Assembly: GCA_964016885.1 (NCBI GenBank)
Contig: OZ024743.1
Coordinates: 136,524,001 to 136,588,000 of the forward strand
DNA length: 64,000 nucleotides
Reading direction: 5' to 3'
Origin: Eledone cirrhosa
Taxonomy: Eukaryota
Shown here: piece after piece, positions 11,471 through 23,200 of the stretch
Numbering within the stretch: the first letter of the stretch is position 1
Layout of the letters: every line of letters starts with the position of its first letter
Position numbers and translations under genes: made by a program
Notes under the pieces: model-generated
The model's database searches: none
Seen by the model: only the letters and a program-made list of their open reading frames with translations
Told to the model about the DNA's origin: nothing

Positions 11471-14400
11471 GTGCTTGGAGCCTGGTGCTTGGTGCTTGGT
11501 GCTTGTTGTTTGGTGCTTGGTGCTTGGTGATTAGTGTTTGGTGCTTCGTGCTTGCGGTTTGGTGTTTGGTGCCTGGGGTTTGGTGTTTGGTGCTTGGTGC
11601 TTGGTGTTTGGTGCTTGGTGCTTGGTGTTTGGTGTTTGCTGTCTGGTGTTTGCTGTTTGGTGTTTGGTGTTTGGTGCTTGCTGTTTGGTGCTTGGTGCTT
11701 GGTGTTTGGTGTTTGGTGTTTGGTGCTTGGTGCTTGGTGTTTGGTGCTTGGTGCTTGGTGCTGGGTGTTTGGTGCTTGGTGCTTGGTGTTTGGTTGTTGG
11801 TGCTTGGTGCTTGGTGTTTGGTCCTTGGTGCTTGGTGCTTGGTCTTTGGTGCTTGGGTTTTGGTGTTTGGTGCTTGGTGCTTGGTGTTTGGTGCTTGGTT
11901 CTTGGTGCTTGGTGCTTGGTGTTTGGTGATTGCTGCTTGGTGCTTGGTGTTTGGTGCTTGGTGCTTGGTGATTAGTGTTTGGTGATTGGTGCTTGTGGTT
12001 TGCTGTTTGGTGCTTGGTGTTTGGTGTTTGGTGCTTGCTGTTTGGTGTTTGGTGTTTGGTTCTTGGTGCTTGGTGTTTGGTGTTTGGTGTTTGGTGCTTG
12101 GTGCTTGGTGCTTGGTGTTTGGTGCTTGGTGCTTGGTGCTTGGTGTTTGGTGCTGCGTACTTGGTGTTTGGTGTTTGGTGCTTGGTGCCTGGTGCTTGTT
12201 GTTTGGTGTTTGGTGCTTAGTGCATGGTGTTTGGTGTTTGGGGCTTGGTGCTTGGTGGCTGGTGCTTGGTGCTTGGTGTTTGTAGTTTGGTGCTTGGTGC
12301 TTGGTGCCTGGTGTTTCGTGCTTGGTGCTTGGTGCTTGGTGTTTGGTGTTTGGTGCTTGGTGTTTGGTTTTTAGGTACTTGGTGCTTGGTGCTTGGTGCT
12401 TGGTGTTTGGTGCTTGGTGTTTGATGCTGCGTGCTTGGTGTTTGGTGTTTGGTGCTTGGTGCTTGGTGTTTGGTGTTTGGAGCTTGGTGCCTGCTGCTTG
12501 TTGTTTGGTGTTTGGTGCTTGGTGCTTGGTGTTTGGTGTTTGGTGCTTGGTGCTTGATGCTTGGTATCTGGTGTTTGGTGCTTGATGTTTGGTGTTTGGT
12601 GCTTGGTGCTTGGTGCTTGGTGTTTGGTGTTTGGTGCTTGGTGCTTGGTGTTTGGTGCTTGGTGTTTGGTGTTTGGTGTTTGATGCTTGGTGTTTGCTGC
12701 TTGGTGCTTGGTGCTTGGTGTTTTGTGTTTGGTGCTTGGTGCTTGGTGCCTGGTGCTTGGTGCTTGGTGCTTGTTGTTTGGTGCTTGGTGCTTGGTGCTT
12801 GGTGTTTGGTGCTTGGTGCTTGGTGCTTGGTGTTTGGTGTTTGGTGCTTGGTGTTTGGTGCTTGGTGTTTGGTGCTTGGTGCTTGGTGCTTGGTGTTAGG
12901 TGTTTGGTGCTTGGTGCTTGGTGTTTGATGTTTGGTCCTTGGTGCTTGTTGTTTGGTGTTTGGTGCTTGGTGCTTGGTGTTTGGTGTTTGGTGCTTGCTG
13001 CTTGCTGCTTGGTGTTTGGTGCTTGGTGATTGGTGCTTGGTGTTTTATGCTTGGTGCTTGGTGTTTGGTGCTAGGGGCTTGGTGCTAGATGCTTGGTGTT
13101 TGGTGCTTGGTGCTTGCTGTTTGGTGTTTGGTGCTTGGTGCGTGGGACTTAGTGTTTGGTGTTTGGTGCTTGGTGTTTTGTGCTTGGTGTTTGGTGCTTG
13201 GTGCTTGGTGTTTGGTGTTTGGTGCTTGGTGCTTGGGGCTTGGTGTTTGGTGCCTAGTGTTTGGTGCTTGGTGTTTGGTGCTTGGTGCTTGGTGCTTTGT
13301 GTTTGGTGTATGGTGTTTGGTGCTTGGTGTTTGGTGCTTGGTGCTTGGTGCTGGGTGGTTGGTGTTTGGTGTTTGGTGCTTGGTGATTGGTGCTTATTGT
13401 TTGGTGCTTGGTGCTTGGTGCTTGGTGCTTGGTCTTTGGTGCTTGGTGTTTGGTGTTTGGTGCTTGGTGTTTGGTGCTTGGTGATTAGTGTTTGGTGTTT
13501 GGTGCTTGGTGTTTGGTGCTTGGTGCTTGGTGCTGGGTGGTTGGTGTTTGGTGTTTGGTGCTTGGTGATTGGTGCTTATTGTTTGGTGATTGGTGCTTGG
13601 TGCTTGGTGCTTGGTCTTTGGTGCTTGGTCTTTGGTGCTTGGTGTTTGGTGTTTGGTGCTTGGTGCTTGGTGCTTGGTGATTAGTGTTTGGTGCTTGGTG
13701 CTTGGTGCCTGGTGCTTGGTGCTTGGTGCTTGTTGTTTGGTGCTTGGTGCTTGGTGATTAGTGTTTGGTGCTTGGTGCTTGGGGTTTGGTGTTTGGTGCT
13801 TGGGGTTTGGTGTTTGGTGCTTGGTGCTTGGTGTTTGGTGCTTGGTGCTTGGTGTTTGGTGCTTGGTGCTTTGTGTTTGGTGCTTGGTGTTTGGTGCTTT
13901 GATGCTTGGTGCTTGGTGCTTGGTGTTAGGTGTTTGGTGCTTGGTGATTGGTGTTTGATGTTAGGTTCTTGGTGCTTGGTGTTTGGTGTTTGGTGCTTGG
14001 TGCTTGGTGTTTGGTCTTTGGTGCTTGCTGCTTGGTGCCTGGTGTTTTGTGTTTGGAGTTTGGTGCTTGGTGTTTGGTGCTTGATGCTTGGTGTTTGGTG
14101 TTTGGTGTTTGGTGTTTGGTGATTGGTGCTTGGTGTTTGGTGCTTGGTGCTTGGTGCTTGGTGTTTGGTGTTAGGCGTTTGGTGCTTGGTGCTTGGTATT
14201 TGATGTTAGGTTCTTGGTGCTTGGTGTTTGGTGTTTGGTGCTTGGTGCTTGGTGTTTGGTGTTTGGTGCTTGATGCTTGGTGCTTGGTGTTTTGTGTTTG
14301 GAGTTTGGTGCTTGGTGTTTGGTGTTTGGTGTTTGGTGTTTGGTGATTGGTGTTTGGTGTTTGGTGCTTGGTGTTTGGTGCCTGGTGCTTGGTGCTTGGT

Positions 14401-17400
14401 CCTTGGTGCTTGGTGTTTGGTATTTGGAGCTTGGTGCTTGGTGTTTGGTGTTTGGTGCTTGCTGCTTGCTGCTTGGTGTTTGGTGCTAGGGACTTGGTGC
14501 TTGGTGCTTGGTGTTTGGTGCTTGGTGTTTGGTGTTTGGTGCTTGGTGCGTGGGACTTGGTGTTTGGTGCTTGGTGTTTGTTGCTTGGTGTTTGGTGCTT
14601 GGTGCCTGGTGCTTGGTGTTTGGTGTTTGGTGCTTGGTGTTTGGTGCTTGGTGTTTGGTACTTGGTGTTCGGTGCTTGGTGCTTGGTGCTTGGTGCTTGG
14701 TGTTTGGTGTTTGGTGCTTGGTGCTTGGTGTTTGATGTTTGGTCCTTGGTGCTTGGTGTTTGGTGTTGTGTGCTTGGTGCTTGGTGCTTGGTGTTTGGTG
14801 CTTGGTGCTTGGTGCTTGGTGTTTGGCGTTTGCTGTTTGCTGTTTGGTGTTTGGTGTTTGCTGTTTGGTGTTTGCTGTTTGGTGTTTGGTGTTTGGTGCT
14901 TGGTGCTTGGTGTTTGGTGCTTGGTGCTTGGTGCTTGGTGTTTGGTCCTTGGTGCTTGGTGCTTGGTCTTTGGTGTTTGGGTTTTGGTGTTTGGTGCTTG
15001 GTGCTTGGTGTTTGGCGCTTGGTGCTTGGTGATTAGTGTTTGGTGATTGGTGCTTCGGGTTTGGTGTTTGGGGCTTGGTGTTTGGTGCTTGGTGCTTGCT
15101 GTTTGGTGATTGGTGTTTGGTTCTTGGTGCTTGGTGTTTGGTGTTTGGTGTTTGGTGCTTGGTGCTTGGTGCTTGGTGTTTGGTGCTTGGTGCTTGGTGC
15201 TTGGTGCTTGGTGTTTGGTGCTTGGTGCTTGGTGTTTGGTGCTTGGTGCTTGGTGCTTGGTGCTTGGTGTTTGGTGCTTAGTGCTTGGTGTTTGGTGTTT
15301 GGTGCTTGGTGCTTGGTGGCTAGTGTTTGGTGCTTGGTGTTTGGAGTTTGGTGCTTGGTGCTTGGTGCCTGGTGTTTCGTGCTTGGTGCTTGGTGCTTGG
15401 TGTTTGGTGTATGGTGCTTGGTGTTTGGTGTTTGGTACTTGGTGCTTGGTGCTTGGTGCTTGGTGTTTGGTGCTTGGTGTTTGATGCTGCGTGCTTGGTG
15501 TTTGGTGTTTGGTGCTTGGTGCTTGGTGTTTGGTGTTTGGAGCTTGGTGCCTGGTGCTTGTTGTTTGGTGTTTGGCGCTTGGTGCTTGGTGTTTGGTGTT
15601 TGGTGCTTGGTGCTTGGTGCTTGGTATCTGGTGTTTGGTGCTTGATGTTTGGTGTTTGGTGCTTGGTGTTTGGTGTTTGGTGCTTGGTGCTTGGTGTTTG
15701 GTGCTTGGTGTTTGGTGCTTGGTGTTTGATGCTTGGTGTTTGCTGCTTGGTGCTTGGTGCTTGGTGTTTTGTGTTTGGTGCTTGGTGCATGGAGTCTGGT
15801 GCTTGGTGCTTGGTGCTTGTTGTTTGGTGCTTGGTGCTTGGTGATTAGTGTTTGGTGCTTGGTGCTTGCGGTTTGTTGTTCGGTGCTTGGGGTTTGATGT
15901 TTGGTGCTTGGTGCTTGGTGTTTGGTTCTTGGTGCTTGGTGCTTGGTGTTTGGTGCTTGGTGCTTGGTGTTTGGTGCTTGGTGCTTGGTGTTTGGTGTTT
16001 GGCGTTTGCTGTTTGCTGTTTGGTGTTTGGTGTTTGCTGTTTGGTGCTTGGTGCTTGGTGTTTGGTGTTTGGTGTTTGGTGCTTGGTGCTTGGTGTTTGG
16101 TGCTTGGTGCTTGGTGCTGGGTGTTTGGTGCTTGGTGCTTGGTGTTTGGTTGTTGGTGCTTGGTGCTTGGTGTTTGGTCCTTGGTGCTTGGTGCTTGGTC
16201 TTTGGTGCTTGGGTTTTGGTGTTTGGTGCTTGGTGCTTGGTGTTTGGTGCTTGGTTCTTGGTGCTTGGTGCTTGGTGTTTGGTGATTGCTGCTTGGTGCT
16301 TGGTGTTTGGTGCTTGGTGCTTGGTGATTAGTGTTTGGTGATTGGTGCTTGGGGTTTGCTGTTTGGTGCTTGGTGTTTGGTGCTTGGTGCTTGCTGTTTG
16401 GTGTTTGGTGTTTGGTTCTTGGTGCTTGGTGTTTGGTGTTTGGTGTTTGGTGCTTGGTCCTTGGTGCTTGGTGTTTGGTGCTTGGTGCTTGGTGCTTGGT
16501 GTTTGGTGCTGCGTGCTTGGTGTTTGGTGTTTGGTGCTTGGTGCCTGGTGCTTGTTGTTTGGTGTTTGGTGCTTAGTGCATGGTGTTTGGTGTTTGGTGC
16601 TTGGTGCTTGGTGGCTGGTGCTTGGTGTTTGGTGTTTGGAGTTTGGTGCTTGATGCTTGGTGCCTGGTGTTTCGTGCTTGGTGCTTGGTGTTTGGTGTTT
16701 GGTGCTTGGTGCTTGCTGTTTGGTGTTTGGAGCTTGGTGCCTGCTGCTTGTTGTTTGGTGTTTGGTGCTTGGTGCTTGGTGTTTGGTGCTTGATGCTTGG
16801 TATCTGGTGTTTGTTGCTTGATGTTTGGTGTTTGGTGCTTGGTGCTTGGTGCTTGGTGTTTGGTGTTTGGTGCTTGGTGCTTGGTGTTTGGTGCTTGGTG
16901 TTTGGTGTTTGGTGTTTGATGCTTGGTGTTTGCTGCTTGGTGCTTGGTGCTTGGTGTTTTGTGTTTGGTGCTTGGTGCTTGGTGCCTGGTGCTTGGTGCT
17001 TGGTGCTTGTTGTTTGGTGGTTGGTGCTTGGTGCTTGGTGTTTGGTGCTTGGTGCTTGGTGCTTGGTGTTTGGTGCTTGGTGCTTGGTGTTTGGTGCTTG
17101 GTGCTTGGTGCTTGGTGCTTGGTGTTAGGTGTTTGGTGCTTGGTGCTTGGTGTTTGATGTTTGGTCCTTGGTGCTTGGTGTTTGGTGTTTGGTGCTTGCT
17201 GCTTGCTGCTTGGTGTTTGGTGCTTGGTGATTGGTGCTTGGTGTTTTGTGCTTGGTGCTTGGTGTTTGGTGTTTGGTGCTAGGGGCTTGGTGCTTGGTGC
17301 TTGGTGTTTGGTGCTTGGTGCTTGCTGTTTGGTGTTTGGTGCTTGGTGCGTGGGACTTAGTGTTTGGTGTTTGGTGCTTGGTGTTTGGTGCTTGGTGTTT

Positions 17401-20220
17401 GGTGCTTGGTGTTTGGGTCTTGGTGTTCGGTGCTTGGTGCTTGGTGCTTGGGGCTTGGTGTTTGGTGCTTGGTGCTTGGTGCTTGGTGTTTGATGTTGGG
17501 TCCTTGGTGCTTGGTGCCTGGTGTTTGGTGTTTGGTGTTTGTTGCTTGGTGTATGGTGCTTGGTGCTTGGTGCTGGGTGGTTGGTGTTTGGTGCTTGGTG
17601 CTTGGTGTTTGGTGTTTGGTGCTTGGTGCTTGTTGTTTGGTGCTTGGTGCTTGGTGCTTGGTCTTTGGTGCATGGTGTTTGGTGTTTGGCGCTTGGTGCT
17701 TGGTGCTTTGTGATTGGTGCTTGGTGCTTGGTGCTTGGTGTTTGGTGCTTGGTGCTTGGTGATTAGTGTTTGTTGCTTGGTGCTTGGGGTTTGGTGGTTG
17801 GTGCTTGGTGCTTGGTGTTTGGTGTTTGGTGTTTGCTGTTTGCTGTTTGGTGTCTGCTTTTTAGTGTTTGGTGTTTGCTGTATGGTGTTTGCTGTTTCGT
17901 ATTTGGTTTTTGCTGTTTGGTGTTTGGTGTTTGCTGTTTGGTGTTTGGTGTTTGGTGCTTGGTGCTTGGTGTTTGGCTTTGGTGCTTGGTGCTTGGTGTT
18001 TGGTGCTTGGTGCTTGGTGTTTGGTGCTTGGTGCTTGGTGCTTGTTGTTTGGTGCTTGGTGCTTGGTGCTTGTTGTATGGTGTTTGGTGCTTGGTGCTTG
18101 GTGTTTGGTGTTTGCTGCTTGGTGTCTGGTGTTTGGTGCTTGGTGTTTGGTGTTTGGTGCTTGGTGCTTGGTGCTTGGTGTTTGGTGTTTGGTGCTTGGT
18201 GCTTGGTGTTTGGTGTTTGGTGCTGGGTGCATGGAGTTTGGTGCTTGGTGCTTAGTGCTTGGTGTTTGGTGTTTGGTGCTTGGTATTTGGTGTTTGGTGT
18301 TTGATGCTTGGTGCGTGGTGCTTGGTGCTTCGTGTTTTGTGTTTGGTGCTTGGTGCTTGGTGCCTGGTGCTTGGTGCTTGGTGATTAGTGTTTGGTGCTT
18401 GGTGCTTGGTGTTTGGTGCTTGGTGTTTGGTGCTTGGTGCCTGGTGCTTGGTGTTTGGTGTTTGATGCTTGGTGTTTGGTGTTTGGTGTTTGGTACTTGG
18501 TGTTCGGTGCTTGGTGCTTGGTGCTTGGTGCTTGGTGTTTGGTGTTTGGTGCTTGGTGCTTGGTGTTTGATGTTTGGTCCTTGGTGCTTGGTGTTTGGTG
18601 TTGTGTGCTTGGTGCTTGGTGCTTGGTGTTTGGTGCTTGGTGCTTGGTGCTTGGTGTTTGGCGTTTGCTGTTTGCTGTTTGGTGTTTGGTGTTTGCTGTT
18701 TGGTGTTTGCTGTTTGGTGCTTGGTGCTTGGTGTTTGGTGTTTGGTGCTTGGTGTTTGGTGCTTGGTGCTTGGTGCTGGGTGTTTGGTGCTTGGTGCTTG
18801 GTGTTTGGTTCTTGGTGATTGGTGCTTGGTGTTTGGTCCTTGGTGCTTGGTGCTTGGTCTTTGGTGCTTGGGTTTTGGTGTTTGGTGCTTGGTGCTTGGT
18901 GTTTGGTGCTTGGTGTTTGGTGCTTGGTGCTTGGTTATTAGTGTTTGGTGATTGGTGCTTGGGGTTTGGTGTTTGGGGCTTGGTGTTTGGTGCTTAGTGC
19001 TTGCTGTTTGGTGTTTGGTGTTTGGTTCTTGGTGCTTGGTGTTTGGTGTTTGGTGTTTGGTGCTTGGTGCTTGGTGCTTGGTGTTTGGTGCTTGGTGCTT
19101 GGTGCTTGGTGTTTGGTGCTGCGTGTTTGGTGTTTGGTGTTTGGTGCTTGGTGCCTGGTGCTTGTTGTTTGGTGTTTGGTGCTTAGTGCTTGGTGTTTGG
19201 TGTTTGGTGCTTGGTGCTTGGTGGCTGGTGTTTGGTGCTTGGTGTTTGGAGTTTGGTGCTTGGTGCTTGGTGCCTGGTGTTTCGTGCTTGGTGCTTGGTG
19301 CTTGGTGTTTGATGTTTGGTGCTTGGTGTTTGGTGTTTGGTACTTGGTGCTTGGTGCTTGGTGCTTGGTGTTTGGTGCTTGGTGTTTGATGCTGCGTGCT
19401 TGGTGTTTGGTGTTTGGTGGTTGGTGCTTGGTGTTTGGTGTTTGGAGCTTGGTGCCTGGTGCTTGTTGTTTGGTGTTTGGCGCTTGGTGCTTGGTGTTTG
19501 GTGTTTGGCGCTTGGTGCTTGGTGTTTGGTGTTTGGTGCTTGGTGCTTGGTGCTTGGTATCTGGTGTTTGGTGCTTGATGTTTGGTGTTTGGTGCTTGGT
19601 GTTTGGTGTTTGGTGCTTGGTGTTTGGTGCTTGGTGTTTGGTGTTTGGTGTTTGATGCTTGGTGTTTGCTGCTTGGTGCTTGGTGCTTGGTGTTTTGTGT
19701 TTGGTGCTTGGTGCTTGGTGCCTGGTGCTTGGTGCTTGGTGCTTGTTGTTTGGTTCTTGGTGCTTGGTGATTAGTGTTTGGTGCTTGGTGCTTGCTGATT
19801 GGTGTTTGGTGTTCGGTTCTTGGTGCTTGGTGTATGGTGTTTAGTGTCTGGTGCTTGGTGCTTGGTGCTTGGTGTTTGGTGCTTGGTGCTTGGTGCTTGG
19901 TGTTTGGTGCTGCGTGCTTGGTGTTTGGTGTTTGGTGTTTGGTGCCTGGTGCCTGGTGCTTGTTGTTTGGTGTTTGGTGCTTAGTGCTTGGTGTTTGGTG
20001 TTTGGTGCTTGGTGCTTGGTGGCTGGTGCTTGGTGCTTGGTGTTTGGAGTTTGGTGCTTGGTGCTTGGTGCCTGGTGTTTCGTGCTTGGTGCTTGGTGCT
20101 TGGTGTTTGGTGTTTGGTGCTTGGTGTTTGGTGTTTGGTGCTTGGTGCTTGGTGTTTGGTGTTTGGTGCTTGGTGTTTGGTGTTTGGTGCTTGGTGCTGG
20201 GTGTTTGGTGCTTGGTGCTT
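9496..20220 (+). repeat. 10.7-kb higher-order duplication, copy 1
   Basis: Near-identical variant order to 20221-31000. Landmark offsets: 10725 (9536/20261), 10724 (10722/21446, 11975/22699, 15036/25760), 10731 (16331/27062), 10780 (17125/27905, 19774/30554). Confidence 0.92.
17835..17980 (+). repeat. Most diverged, GG-poor monomer cluster (GGTGTCT GCTTTTT AGTGTTT ... GCTGTAT ... CGTATTT GGTTTTT ... GGCTTT); 6 copies in window
   Basis: The motif TGTCTGCTTTTTAG occurs near 17851, 28631, 33169, 35905, 40479 and 47985, each followed ~125 bp later by the 6-bp monomer GGCTTT. Confidence 0.9.
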
Positions 20221-23200
20221 GGTGTTTGGTGCTTGGTGCTTGGTGCTTGGTGATTAGTGTTTGGTGCTTGGTGCTTGGTGCCTGGTGCTTGGTGCTTGGT
20301 GCTTGTTGTTTGGTGCTTGGTGCTTGGTGATTAGTGTTTGGTGCTTGGTTCTTGGGGTTTGCTGTTTGGTGCTTGGGGTTTGGTGTTTGGTGCTTGGTGC
20401 TTGGTGTTTGGTGCTTGGTGCTTGGTGTTTGGTGCTTGGTGCTTTGTGTTTGGTGCTTGGTGTTTGGTGCTTGGTGCTTGGTGCTTGGTGCTTGGTGTTA
20501 GGTGTTTGGTGCTTGGTGATTGGTGTTTGATGTTAGGTTCTTGGTGCTTGGTGTTTGGTGTTTGGTGCTTGTTGCTTGGTGTTTGGTGTTTGGTGCTTGC
20601 TGCTTGGTGCTTGGTGTTTTGTGTTTGGAGTTTGGTGCTTGGTGTTTGGTGCTTGGTGCTTGGTGTTTGGTGTTTGGTGTTTGGTGTTTGGTGATTGGTG
20701 CTTGGTGTTTGGTGCTTGGTGCTTGGTGCTTGGTGCTTGGTGTTAGGTGTTTGGTGCTTGGTGCTTGGTGTTTGATGTTTGGTCCTTGGTGCTTGGTGTT
20801 TGGTATTTGGAGCTTGGTGCTTGGTGTTTGGTGTTTGGTGCTTGCTGCTTGCTGCTTTGTGTTTGGTGCTAGGGACTTGGTGCTTGGTGCTTGGTGTTTG
20901 GTGCTTGGTGTTTGGTTTTTGGTGCTTGGTGCGTGGGACCTGGTGTTTGGTGCTTGGTGTTTGGTGCTTGGTGTTTGGTGCTTGGTGCCTGGTGCTTGGT
21001 GTTTGGTGTTTGGTGCTTGGTGTTTGGTGCTTGGTGTTTGGTACTTGGTGTTCGGTGCTTGGTGCTTGGTGCTTGGTGCTTGGTGTTTGGTGTTTGGTCC
21101 TTGGTGCTTGGTGTTTGGTGTTGTGTGCTTGGTGCTTGGTGCTTGGTGTTGGTGCTTGGTGCTTGGTGCTTGGTGTTTGGCGTTTGCTGTTTGCTGTTTG
21201 GTGTTTGGTGTTTGCTGTTTGGTGTTTGCTGTTTGGTGTTTGGTGTTTGGTGCTTGGTGCTTGGTGTTTGCTGCTTGGTGCTTGGTGCTTGGTGTTTGGT
21301 CCTTGGTGCTTGGTGCTTGGTCTTTGGTGCTTGGGTTCTGGTGTTTGGTGCTTGGTGCTTGGTGCTTGGTGCTTGGTGCTTGGTGCTTGGTGTTTGGTGC
21401 TTGCTGCTTGGTGCTTGGTGTTTGGTGCTTGGTGCTTGGTGATTAGTGTTTGGTGATTGGTGCTTCGGGTTTGGTGTTTGGGGCTTGGTGTTTGGTGCTT
21501 GGTGCTTGCTGTTTGGTGATTGGTGTTTGGTTCTTGGTGCTTGGTGTTTGGTGTTTGGTGTTTGGTGCTTGGTGCTTGGTGCTTGGTGTTTGGTGCTTGG
21601 TGCTTGGTGCTTGGTGTTTGGTGCTGCGTGCTTGGTGTTTGGTGTTTGGTGCTTGGTGCCTGGTGCTTGTTGTTTGGTGTTTGGTGCTTAGTGCTTGGTG
21701 TTTGGTGTTTGGTGCTTGGTTCTTGGTGGCTGGTGTTTGGTGCTTGGTGTTTAGAGTTTGGTGCTTGGTGCTTGGTGCCTGGTGTTTCGTGCTTGGTGCT
21801 TGGTGCTTGGTGTTTGGTGTATGGTGCTTGGTGTTTGGTGTTTGGTACTTGGTGCTTGGTGCTTGGTGCTTGGTGTTTGGTGCTTGGTGTTTGATGCTGC
21901 GTGCTTGGTGTTTGGTGTTTGGTGCTTGGTGCTTGGTGTTTGGTGTTTGGAGCTTGGTGCCTGGTGCTTGTTGTTTGGTGTTTGGCGCTTGGTGCTTGGT
22001 GTTTGGTGTTTGGTGCTTGGTGCTTGGTGCTTGGTATCTGGTGTTTGGGGCTTGATGTTTGGTGTTTGGTGCTTGGTGTTTGGTGTTTGGTGCTTGGTGC
22101 TTGGTGTTTGGTGCTTGGTGTTTGATGCTTGGTGTTTGATGCTTGGTGTTTGCTGCTTGGTGCTTGGTGCTTGGTGTTTTGTGTTTGGTGCTTGGTGCTT
22201 GGAGCCTGGTGCTTGGTGCTTGGTGCTTGTTGTTTGGTGCTTGGTGCTTGGTGATTAGTGTTTGGTGCTTCGTGCTTGCGGTTTGGTGTTTGGTGCCTGG
22301 GGTTTGGTGTTTGGTGCTTGGTGCTTGGTGTTTGGTGCTTGGTGCTTGGTGTTTGGTGTTTGCTGTCTGGTGTTTGCTGTTTGGTGTTTGGTGTTTGGTG
22401 CTTGCTGTTTGGTGCTTGGTGCTTGGTGTTTGGTGTTTGGTGTTTGGTGCTTGGTGCTTGGTGTTTGGTGCTTGGTGCTTGGTGCTGGGTGTTTGGTGCT
22501 TGGTGCTTGGTGTTTGGTTGTTGGTGCTTGGTGCTTGGTGTTTGGTCCTTGGTGCTTGGTGCTTGGTCTTTGGTGCTTGGGTTTTGGTGTTTGGTGCTTG
22601 GTACTTGGTGTTTGGTGCTTGGTTCTTGGTGCTTGGTGCTTGGTGTTTGGTGATTGCTGCTTGGTGCTTGGTGTTTGGTGCTTGGTGCTTGGTGATTAGT
22701 GTTTGGTGATTGGTGCTTGTGGTTTGCTGTTTGGTGCTTGGTGTTTGGTGTTTGGTGCTTGCTGTTTGGTGTTTGGTGTTTGGTTCTTGGTGCTTGGTGT
22801 TTGGTGTTTGGTGTTTGGTGCTTGGTGCTTGGTGCTTGGTGTTTGGTGCTTGGTGCTTGGTGCTTGGTGTTTGGTGCTGCGTACTTGGTGTTTGGTGTTT
22901 GGTGCTTGGTGCCTGGTGCTTGTTGTTTGGTGTTTGGTGCTTAGTGCATGGTGTTTGGTGTTTGGTGCTTGGTGCTTGGTGGCTGGTGCTTGGTGCTTGG
23001 TGTTTGTAGTTTGGTGCTTGGTGCTTGGTGCCTGGTGTTTCGTGCTTGGTGCTTGGTGCTTGGTGTTTGGTGTTTGGTGCTTGGTGTTTGGTTTTTAGGT
23101 ACTTGGTGCTTGGTGCTTGGTGCTTGGTGTTTGGTGCTTGGTGTTTGATGCTGCGTGCTTGGTGTTTGGTGTTTGGTGCTTGGTGCTTGGTGTTTGGTGT

